NCBI GenBank assembly: GCA_041660305.1
Contig: JBAZWO010000004.1
Span: 32,873-96,872, forward strand
Direction: 5' to 3'
From: Patescibacteria group bacterium
GTDB taxonomy: Bacteria; Patescibacteriota; Patescibacteriia; UBA9570
Length of the DNA: 64,000 nt
Under the pieces are notes generated by a model, which was not told the DNA's origin, made no database searches, and saw nothing but the letters and a program-made list of their open reading frames with translations. The translations under genes were made by a program, and so were the position numbers. Positions 56,579-64,000 of this stretch are shown here, piece after piece (the stretch's first letter is position 1; each line of letters begins with the position of its first letter).

Positions 56579-57211
56579 ATGGAAAAAAGAGATCTTAGAA
56601 TAGAATATCCACCTACATTAAATATTGATCGTTCGCGATTTGCTCCAGATGTAGACATAAATAATTTTCTTGAGTCTTTAAAAGCACTGCAAGTTTCTTG
56701 TCCTTGGGGAAATCTTAAAAGAGGCGAAGGCATGACACAATATCCCGATATGCCGGATCTTAATGTAATTCCTTATATACCATTAGGATTAGTAGTAGGT
56801 AGTGGGCACTCTAAAAGAGAAGGAGAAGATCAATCGGTGGCTTTAGCAGATGAATTTGGAAAGTTAATATACAGCGATATTGTCGATCCTCAACTAATGT
56901 CAGATAATTATGTTCGGCTGGATTTGACCGACCCTCCTAACGTACACCTGTTTGGTTTTAAGGTTCATGCCATAGTGAGTATTGGAGTTTTTACTTATGA
57001 TGGTAGCGGGGTTCATTTTAAAGACAAGGCAAATGAGTTAGCATCAGCCATGGCATTAAATAATATGTTAATGCCAGGGGGAATTATCGCTAATGATGAT
57101 TTTAATCGTATGTTTAATTGTATGCGATTCGAGGATATTTTTTTAAAAAGATTAGGCTTCGAATTGGTGAAAAATAATTATTGGGGTATTATTTTACAAA
57201 AGCCATTTTAA
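56579..57211 (+). CDS. Hypothetical protein, possibly a degenerate class I methyltransferase fold
   Basis: 210 aa. It has weak motif-order resemblance (LVVGSGHS, IYSDIV, HAIVSIGVF, LMPGGII). Confidence 0.4.
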   Translation: MEKRDLRIEYPPTLNIDRSRFAPDVDINNFLESLKALQVSCPWGNLKRGEGMTQYPDMPDLNVIPYIPLGLVVGSGHSKREGEDQSVALADEFGKLIYSDIVDPQLMSDNYVRLDLTDPPNVHLFGFKVHAIVSIGVFTYDGSGVHFKDKANELASAMALNNMLMPGGIIANDDFNRMFNCMRFEDIFLKRLGFELVKNNYWGIILQKPF

Positions 57212-57219
57212 AAATATTC

Positions 57220-57273
57220 ATGATGTATTTAACACAAAAAAATTAATTAATAACAATTTGGTCAGACAATAAA
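57220..57273 (+). pseudogene. Degenerate duplicate of the MFS 5' end
   Basis: atgatgtatttaacacaaaaaaaattaattaataacaatttg matches the first 42 nt of the MFS gene at 58094 at 34/42 (MMYLTQKKLINNNL against VIYLTQNKLVSNIW). It then hits a stop. Confidence 0.6.
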
Positions 57274-57315
57274 AAGTAGTATAAATAACATTTTTTTGCT
57301 ATACTAAAAGCACTT

Positions 57316-58092
57316 ATGCCAACATTACAAAATTTATTAGCAGAAATTAATCGGTTATTGATAGCTTATTTAGCTAAGCGGCCGTTGAGCTTGGATGAAC
57401 AAGAAGCGCATTATGAAAAGTTGAGGCTGGATTGGACGTATCACTCTAACGCGCTAGAGGGCAATTCTTTAACATTGGGTGAAACGGCGTTTTATTTGCG
57501 GGAAGGGTTAACCAGCGAGGGCAAGCCATTGGTAGATTATCTAGAAATAAAAAATCATACTGAAGCTATCGATTGGTTATTTCAAATAGTTAAAGAACAA
57601 TGTCCAATTACTGAAGGGTTTATTAAAGATTTAAACGCTTTATTACACAAAGGCATTACCGAACGTCCAGCCATTGGCGCTAATGGCCAAAAATTTATGC
57701 GTAAAATTACGCCTGGCCAATATAAGCAACAGGCTAATCATGTGTTAACGGTGTCTGGCAAGATTCATTACTATATTGAACCGGTGCAAGTGCATACAGA
57801 AATGAGCAAGTTAATAGAGTTAATTAATAATGAAGAGAAAAAATTGCATCCGGTAGAATTAGCGGCCGCAGTGCATTATGAAATAACCAGAATTCATCCA
57901 TTTGACGATTGCAACGGCCGGACGGCCCGATTATTATTAAATTTATTGTTAATGCGCGCTAAATATCCGCCGATAGTTATAAAAACCGAAGACCGGCGAA
58001 AATATTTAGAGGCACTAGAACAAGCCGATCAAGGTAACCGCGAGCCGTTTTATTTATTTGTGGCGGAACACGTAAGAGCTATTCTTAGTTAA
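57316..58092 (+). CDS. Fic-domain protein (class II, intramolecular inhibitory helix)
   Basis: The Fic motif HPFDDCNGRTAR has Cys in place of the first Gly of HPFx(D/E)GNGRxxR. An N-terminal SNALEG matches the inhibitory (S/T)xxxE(G/N) motif. Confidence 0.85.
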   Translation: MPTLQNLLAEINRLLIAYLAKRPLSLDEQEAHYEKLRLDWTYHSNALEGNSLTLGETAFYLREGLTSEGKPLVDYLEIKNHTEAIDWLFQIVKEQCPITEGFIKDLNALLHKGITERPAIGANGQKFMRKITPGQYKQQANHVLTVSGKIHYYIEPVQVHTEMSKLIELINNEEKKLHPVELAAAVHYEITRIHPFDDCNGRTARLLLNLLLMRAKYPPIVIKTEDRRKYLEALEQADQGNREPFYLFVAEHVRAILS

Positions 58093-58093
58093 T

Positions 58094-59278
58094 GTGATTT
58101 ATTTAACACAAAATAAATTAGTTAGCAACATTTGGAAATTATACGCCATTAAAGGTAGTACTTGGTTTAAGGTGTACATGCCAATTATAGTGCTATTCTA
58201 TGCTAGCGTGGGCATAGGTGTAGGGGATATTTTATTGCTAAAAAGCGGCAATGCTTTTATTATCGCGCTTACTGAAATTCCTACAGGTTTGTTGGCTGAT
58301 AGAATTGGCCGGAAAAATTTAATAATAGCCGGCGCTATTTTTACTACGTTAGGTTTTAGTTTATACGGTTTTGTGAGCGGCTTTTGGTGGTTTATGTTAG
58401 CCGAAATATTATTAGGCTTAGCGACTAGCTGTATTGACGGGGCTGACACAGCATTATTGTATGATTCATTACAGCATTTAAAAAATACGCACAAATATTT
58501 AAAAATCGAAGGCAAAACTTTGGCCATTGGCAATCTGGCTGAAGCCGTAGCAGCTTTGTTAGGCGGGGGATTGGCTTGGTTATATGGTTTCCGCTGGCCG
58601 TTTTATATACAAATTATTTTGTCGTTTATTACTATTATTATAGCACTAGGTTTGCATGAGGTACCGAAGAATATTACAGTAATAAAAACTCATGTTCAAC
58701 AAATCAAACATACCTGGCATTATTTATTACATGAGCCAGCCTTACGTTTACAGTTATATTTTTCGGCGTTAATGTCGGCGGCTATTTTAGTGATGGCTTG
58801 GTTGGCCCAGCCGTATTTTTCACAAGTGCAATTGCCGGAATATTATTATGGCATCGTGTGGGCCGGTTTGCAGATTATCGTTACCATAGCTTCTTTATAT
58901 AGTTATGTAATTGAAAAAAAATTATCGGCTAATAATATTTTATTGTTGTTAGTGTTAGGCATGGGAACGAGTTTTGTGTTATTAGGGTTAGTATCAGCGC
59001 TTTATGCCATTGGTATTATTGCGGCGTTCTATATATTAAGAGGCTTTTCCCAGCCGATTTTAAAACACGTCATTCACAAACTAGTCGCTTCAGAATTTAG
59101 AGCTACCGTGCTGTCTGTCCGCAGCACTCTAGGTCGCTTAGCTTTTTCGATCGCTACCGCCGGTTTAGGCTGGATAATTACCGGCTATCAATTAAGCACG
59201 GCGTTGTGGGTTAGTGGGGTGGTGGTTTTATTTTGCGGAATTATTATTTTAATGTACAATAAGCAATATGAAAAATAA
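58094..59278 (+). CDS. MFS transporter (paralog B)
   Basis: 394 aa with a GTG start one nt after the Fic stop, the motif LADRIGRKN and 12 TM helices. Confidence 0.75.
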   Translation: MIYLTQNKLVSNIWKLYAIKGSTWFKVYMPIIVLFYASVGIGVGDILLLKSGNAFIIALTEIPTGLLADRIGRKNLIIAGAIFTTLGFSLYGFVSGFWWFMLAEILLGLATSCIDGADTALLYDSLQHLKNTHKYLKIEGKTLAIGNLAEAVAALLGGGLAWLYGFRWPFYIQIILSFITIIIALGLHEVPKNITVIKTHVQQIKHTWHYLLHEPALRLQLYFSALMSAAILVMAWLAQPYFSQVQLPEYYYGIVWAGLQIIVTIASLYSYVIEKKLSANNILLLLVLGMGTSFVLLGLVSALYAIGIIAAFYILRGFSQPILKHVIHKLVASEFRATVLSVRSTLGRLAFSIATAGLGWIITGYQLSTALWVSGVVVLFCGIIILMYNKQYEK

Positions 59279-60629
59279 AAATGTTTTATATATCTTTTTT
59301 GCTAGTTTGTTTTTATTGCCAATAGCTGTAAATGCTAAATTTTCTTTTCCAATTCCTATTCCAAACCCAGACAAAGGCAATACTTATACTACGCCGGCTG
59401 TAACGGTGGATTTGAATAATAAAATTGTCACCATTACTAATGGTTTAAATGAAGCCGAGTTGGATTTTAGCGGCAGTACCGATATCCAAGCCATTCGCAT
59501 TGAGCGGGACAGTGATTATTATTTTGCTATTTTGCGCTTTAAAGATGATACGGTGCGATTATTTTTATACGATAAAAACGGGGTAAAAATAGATGGGGAA
59601 AAAGTGATGAGCGCGGCTGATGCCAAAGATTTTTCCATACTACGAACCTTAGCCAAAGTAGTTAATGATGATAAACGAATTGAAGTGTGCGGTATAAAAT
59701 TAAACGAATCAGCTCAACCAACTAAACATATTTGCAAACTGTATCGCGTACATCCCACTAAAGACGATCCGATAGCCTTGAAGAGCGAAACTAAAACCGA
59801 TATCAAATATCCGGATTTGTCTGGTTTATCCGATCAAGATGCCGGCATGGCATTATTTAATTATCATCGCCTGGCCGCCGGTGTGTTGCCGGTAGAGCGT
59901 TATAGCGATACAGACGAAGCCTGTTCTTTACATGCCAAATACATGGCGACTAATGACATGCTAGAGCATTCTGAAGATCCCGCTTTGCCCGGTTACACGG
60001 CAGAAGGAGAGGCGGCCGGTAATAGCTCTAATGTGGCGCGTAATACTAAAAATGGCATGGTAACGGCTTTAAACATGTGGCTAGACGGCACTTATCATCG
60101 TTTTCCCATGTTAGACGGCAGTTTATACGGCACTGGTTTTGGCATAGCCGGGCCATCCAATAGTCATTATTATTATTCCGCTTTGGATATCACTACGAAA
60201 TATTATTCTTATGCTTTGTCTGGCCGGGAAACGAATGTAACTTATTTTGATCCAATGAGTTTGCAAACAGTCATTAGCCCGGGCGTTAACCAAACCAACG
60301 TGGAAACCACCATGTCGCAATCGGAATGGCCTGATCCGCTCGATAAATTTAACGGTTCTTATCCGGCCGGCTATGCCATTACCGCCACGCCCGGAAGAAC
60401 TTATATAGAAGATTTATATTTGCAACTTTATAATGCTCAAGGCGACAAAGTTTTTACTTATTGGCAGCCGCCGGGAGACGCTACCGATCCAAATTCACTT
60501 TATCAAGGCAGTAATTATTCATTAATTCCAGCTTCACCTTTAGCTAACAAAACTAAGTATACCGTGAAAATGACCGGTAAAGTAGATGGAGTGGCTTATA
60601 CCAAAGAATGGCAGTTTACTACAAAATAA
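59268..60629 (+). CDS. Secreted CAP/SCP-domain protein
   Basis: 453 aa with a signal peptide. The central region ALFNYHRLAAGV…HAKYM…LEHSE…GEAAGNSN is CAP-like. Confidence 0.6.
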   Translation: MKNKNVLYIFFASLFLLPIAVNAKFSFPIPIPNPDKGNTYTTPAVTVDLNNKIVTITNGLNEAELDFSGSTDIQAIRIERDSDYYFAILRFKDDTVRLFLYDKNGVKIDGEKVMSAADAKDFSILRTLAKVVNDDKRIEVCGIKLNESAQPTKHICKLYRVHPTKDDPIALKSETKTDIKYPDLSGLSDQDAGMALFNYHRLAAGVLPVERYSDTDEACSLHAKYMATNDMLEHSEDPALPGYTAEGEAAGNSSNVARNTKNGMVTALNMWLDGTYHRFPMLDGSLYGTGFGIAGPSNSHYYYSALDITTKYYSYALSGRETNVTYFDPMSLQTVISPGVNQTNVETTMSQSEWPDPLDKFNGSYPAGYAITATPGRTYIEDLYLQLYNAQGDKVFTYWQPPGDATDPNSLYQGSNYSLIPASPLANKTKYTVKMTGKVDGVAYTKEWQFTTK

Positions 60630-60696
60630 AATATTACCGTATTTTTTAAATCCCTCATGGTTTTATTTTCCGTTTTTTATGCTAAAGTAGGGTTAT

Positions 60697-60810
60697 ATGG
60701 AATTAATTATTCAACCAAAAATTTTTCAAACTTTTCCAGATTTGGTCATTGGCGTTATCGTAACTAATAAAAGATTTAGCAGATGTAGTGAAACAATATT
60801 GCGGCGGTGA
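60697..60810 (+). pseudogene. Possible N-terminal remnant of a B3/B4 tRNA-binding-domain protein
   Basis: MELIIQPKIFQTFPDLVIGVIVTN… resembles the conserved N-terminus of B3/4-domain proteins, but the frame stops after 37 codons. Confidence 0.3.
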
Positions 60811-60836
60811 AGTAAACTATTATTTTAAGCAATCGG

Positions 60837-61292
60837 TTGTGTAATATTTTTATGCAAGAAAAATCAAAATTTAAACTGCGCAATCTGTTGTATTTTCCAT
60901 TCATCTTGTTGATGATTTTGGCTCCAGTATGGTTTATATTGTTGTTCGGATATTTTTTATATGAACCAAAATGTGCAAGAATGTGTACTGAAATTTCCAT
61001 GGATCAAAGCCGTTCAATTTTGCCGTATAATAATCGCCACGGCAGCAATTATATGCGTTATCCAGAACGATTTCCTTTTTGGATGGGTTGCCACTGTAGT
61101 ATATTTTCCAATGGTCGTTGGTATGATAAAATGTTGAAAGGAAATTTTTATTCAAAAAACTATATACTAGACTTTAGTATTACTGCTGTGTTTCCGATTT
61201 TTGCCTCCATTGTTATTTGGAGTTTACCGGCGGTTATTGAGCGCAGGAAAAGGATAATAAAATATTTGAAAAAAAAATATAAAATTCAATAA
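60837..61292 (+). CDS. Hypothetical membrane protein
   Basis: 151-aa ORF in a very AT-rich region with two hydrophobic segments. Coding status is uncertain. Confidence 0.35.
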   Translation: MCNIFMQEKSKFKLRNLLYFPFILLMILAPVWFILLFGYFLYEPKCARMCTEISMDQSRSILPYNNRHGSNYMRYPERFPFWMGCHCSIFSNGRWYDKMLKGNFYSKNYILDFSITAVFPIFASIVIWSLPAVIERRKRIIKYLKKKYKIQ

Positions 61293-61668
61293 AATTATTA
61301 AGATGCTAAAAATTTAGTCATCATCACCGTTCCTTTAGCTGTAAAACTGCGTTCAGTACGTGTCAAATTACTTAATAATATGCTACCATTAAATCAAGCT
61401 CGGCATAATTAATAAGTTTTCGTGATTCTCCCTTTTTAGATCGTGACGCTGGGGGAGAGTCATGAAAGTTATAAAACATGTTCGGGCTTTTTAATTTATT
61501 ATCATTATGACTAAAATAATTTCTTGATAACTTGTTGAATATCATGTAAATCTTTTTTTGTTACATTACCTAGCGTTCCAATATATGAACCTGCACTCTA
61601 ACATTTAAAATTAACGGAAATATAGAATATAGATAGACGTTTTAGAAAAAAATTGCTACACTTTAAGC

Positions 61669-62067
61669 ATGAATAAACTGGTAGCACAAATTAATTATTG
61701 GCGAACATCTGCCAAAAGAAATACTAAAACGGCCACTCATCTTTATCGAACAAAAGATTGGGATGCTTGTTTATTTTTTTGTCATTTAACACTAGAAAAG
61801 CAGCTTAAAGGGCTAATTATACAAAAAACCAATAACTTATCACCATATATTCATGATCTTGCAAAATTGGCCGTAATTGCTAAATTACAACCAAATGTTA
61901 CACAATTACAGCAATTAAGAACCATGACTACATTTAATATTGCTGGGCGTTATGATGATATCAAGTTTGATTTTCATAAAAAATGCACGCCAGCTTTTAC
62001 TACAAAGTATTATAATATTACAAAAGAATTAATGCTATGGCTAGAAAAAGAATTTCAAAACAAGTAA
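61669..62067 (+). CDS. HEPN-domain protein
   Basis: 132 aa and helical, with the pattern C(L/H)L(T/A)LEK.LK…HDL.KL typical of small HEPN proteins paired with minimal nucleotidyltransferases. Confidence 0.7.
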   Translation: MNKLVAQINYWRTSAKRNTKTATHLYRTKDWDACLFFCHLTLEKQLKGLIIQKTNNLSPYIHDLAKLAVIAKLQPNVTQLQQLRTMTTFNIAGRYDDIKFDFHKKCTPAFTTKYYNITKELMLWLEKEFQNK

Positions 62068-62360
62068 ATAACAGTATTCAAGAATATTTAACTGTTCTAA
62101 AACAGGATTGTTTGCCAATTAATCAGGTTTGGTTGTTTGGTTCTTATGCCAAAGGCACACAACACCAATGGAGTGATATTGATTTGTGTATTATTTCATC
62201 TAAGTTTAAAGATCCTTGGCAAGCAATGAATTATCTTTGGTCAAAACGTATACATGACGATGGTTTAACTATTGAGCCAGTAGGGTTTTCGGTTAAGGAA
62301 TTTAAACAACCAAGTTCTTTGATTCAAGAAATTAAGCAGAATGGCATTCAATTAGTATGA
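62037..62360 (+). CDS. Minimal nucleotidyltransferase (MNT) domain protein
   Basis: LFGSYAKGTQHQWSDIDLCII is a GS-x10-D-x-D pol-beta-type NTase motif. It overlaps the HEPN gene by 31 nt and the purM start by 4 nt. Confidence 0.8.
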   Translation: MARKRISKQVNNSIQEYLTVLKQDCLPINQVWLFGSYAKGTQHQWSDIDLCIISSKFKDPWQAMNYLWSKRIHDDGLTIEPVGFSVKEFKQPSSLIQEIKQNGIQLV

Positions 62361-63448
62361 TAACCACCTACGCATCATCCGGAGTAAACATAGAGCTAGG
62401 TGATGACGTGTCTAAAATTTTGTATAACGCGGCTAAAGCCACTTGGCAAAACCGGGCTGGAAAACTAGGGGAAGTAATTGTACCGTTTGATGATTTTTCC
62501 GGGGTACGGGCGATTAATGTTGGCAATTTGCCGGCAGGCACGCTCATGAATATTGGGTTTGACGGAGTTGGCACCAAAGTGGAAATCGCTGAACGAGTGG
62601 GGGATCATAGCACCATGGCTTTTGATTTATTGGCGATGGTATGTGATGACGCGGTAGTGCGCGGAGCTGAACCGGTTTTGGTCGGCTCTATTTTAGATGT
62701 AAATAGTTTATCGTTAGAAGCCGTAAAACAGTTAGCAATAGGTTATGTGGCGGCGGCTAAACAGGCTAATGTAGCCATTGTGAATGGCGAAGTGGCCGAA
62801 TTAGGCAGCCGGGTGCATGGTTACGGCGCTTTTAATTACAATTGGGGAGCGGCGGTAGTTTGGTTTGTACATAAAGACAAAATGTTTACCGGTAAAGAAA
62901 TAAAAATTGGGGACAGTGTAGTAGCCTTACAAGAAACCGGTTTTAGATCAAATGGCTTGTCGTTAACCAGAAAAATATTAGCTACTAGTTATGGCGAAAA
63001 TTGGCACACTGTTAAATTTAATAACAGCACGCTTGGTCAGCTCGCTTTAACGCCATCCAGAATTTATTCTGCCGCAGTAGTGGCCATGATGAACAAAACT
63101 AGTGTTCATGGAGTTGTGCATGTTACCGGCGGCGGCATTCCTGGAAAACTAGGCCGCGTGCTAAAAGCGTCCGGCTTTGGCGCGGAACTTACTAATTTAT
63201 TTGCGCCATGTGATCTCATGTTGCATTGCCAGGCCAAGGGCAATGTGCCCGATGAAGAAGCGTACAAAACCTGGAACATGGGCAACGGCATGTTAATAAT
63301 CACACCGGAACCGGAACAAATAATGAGCATTGCTAAACAATATAATATTAAAGCGCAAGTAGCTGGTAAGATTATTTCCGATAAAAAAATTAACATAAAA
63401 AATAAAGGTTATTTTCAAAAGCAACAATCTACTTTGATTTTTCCGTAA
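62357..63448 (+). CDS. purM: AIR synthetase (phosphoribosylformylglycinamidine cyclo-ligase)
   Basis: 363 aa with motifs GFDGVGTKV, DLLAMVCDD and HVTGGGIPGKL. Confidence 0.9.
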   Translation: MITTYASSGVNIELGDDVSKILYNAAKATWQNRAGKLGEVIVPFDDFSGVRAINVGNLPAGTLMNIGFDGVGTKVEIAERVGDHSTMAFDLLAMVCDDAVVRGAEPVLVGSILDVNSLSLEAVKQLAIGYVAAAKQANVAIVNGEVAELGSRVHGYGAFNYNWGAAVVWFVHKDKMFTGKEIKIGDSVVALQETGFRSNGLSLTRKILATSYGENWHTVKFNNSTLGQLALTPSRIYSAAVVAMMNKTSVHGVVHVTGGGIPGKLGRVLKASGFGAELTNLFAPCDLMLHCQAKGNVPDEEAYKTWNMGNGMLIITPEPEQIMSIAKQYNIKAQVAGKIISDKKINIKNKGYFQKQQSTLIFP

Positions 63449-63670
63449 ATTAATCAATCCAAAATAAAAAAGGGCTTGGTAACTAAAAAGAAACCTTGCC
63501 ATTATCTTCTCTCCGGTGTTCCGGTTAGGGTATCCAACCCGGGTGCGAGATACGCCCATCCCATAACGCAGGGACATCGCGACATGCCGCCAGGGGGCTA
63601 CCTCCCCTTTGTACGACGGCGGTATTCGTCGTACAATCCCTCAGCGATAAAGCCGGGAGTTAACATAACT

Positions 63671-63696
63671 AACACCCAGGTTTATCCCGGTGTGGT
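63671..63696. repeat. Family-B hairpin repeat
   Basis: AACACCCAGGTTTATCCCGGTGTGGT has the same CC(N)GG-TTTAT-CC(N)GG architecture as the copies at 46.7 and 47.1 kb. Confidence 0.65.
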
Positions 63697-63760
63697 AGTA
63701 AAGGATCGCTAAGAAAAATGAATTTCTCATGAATTTTACCTAAGTTAACCCTAAAGGGGC

Positions 63761-63788
63761 TTGACTTTTTTTTATTTTACGCTACAAT
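63761..63788 (+). promoter_or_regulatory. Sigma-70-like promoter
   Basis: TTGACT (63761-63766), a 16-nt spacer, then TACAAT (63783-63788). Confidence 0.45.
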
Positions 63789-63905
63789 GGCGCCGCTCTT
63801 TAACAAAACATACCCACAAATTTGAAAATTTATACCTAATATTAGTAAAGTTTTTATATTTGTGGGTAGTGTGTTTTTTTATTTTTTTGCTGAATTGGAG
63901 GCAGT

Positions 63906-64000
63906 ATGCGGTTTTTTCTGCTGGTGCTGATGTCTGTAGTGGTTTTTTCTGTCAGTTTTTTAGCGGCTGCCAAGGAGCCGTTATCTGTGTTTACCGCTCC
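63906..64000 (+). CDS. 5' fragment of a secreted/membrane protein (continues beyond window)
   Basis: GGAGG lies 6 nt upstream of the ATG. MRFFLLVLMSVVVFSVSFLAAAKEP is a signal-peptide-like sequence. Confidence 0.4.
   Translation, partial: MRFFLLVLMSVVVFSVSFLAAAKEPLSVFTA

Overview
This is a gene-dense, low-GC bacterial chromosome segment; the host lines I hand-counted are about 35-37% G+C. I infer from content, not from any database search, that it comes from a small-genome uncultivated lineage (Patescibacteria/CPR-like). The evidence is several giant secreted FG-GAP/propeller surface proteins, a short EF-Ts, an archaeal-type UMP kinase and a short SufD. Core genes I can support are sufC(partial)-sufB-sufD-sufS-sufU, proB-proC-proA (minus strand), a mannose-1-P guanylyltransferase, mltG, pyrH, rplJ-rplL-rpsB-tsf, tRNA-Thr(GGU), a PIF1-like helicase, greA, tRNA-Tyr(GUA), purC-purE-purK and purM. 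Accessory content includes a 7TM sensor / histidine kinase / ECF sigma cluster, a class II Fic protein between two paralogous MFS transporters, and a HEPN-MNT pair translationally coupled to purM. It also includes an AbrB-like protein, a Bro-N protein and a CAP-domain protein. The best candidates for something new are two compositionally foreign insertions. One is a three-gene cassette (small Cys-rich lipoprotein plus two proteins I cannot place) directly downstream of tRNA-Thr at about 25.9-27.5 kb, roughly 45-55% GC. The other is a single roughly 60% GC SAM-methyltransferase-like gene (37077-38012) set between two divergently oriented 7TM sensor paralogs. The window also carries two families of GC-rich palindromic repeats. 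One family supplies the C-termini and stop codons of sufC, sufD and proC and sits in frame inside a membrane-protein gene. Direct-repeat scars suggest cassette-like insertion of the Fic gene and rearrangement around an FG-GAP gene. I found no CRISPR array, rRNA, integrase, transposase or reverse transcriptase.
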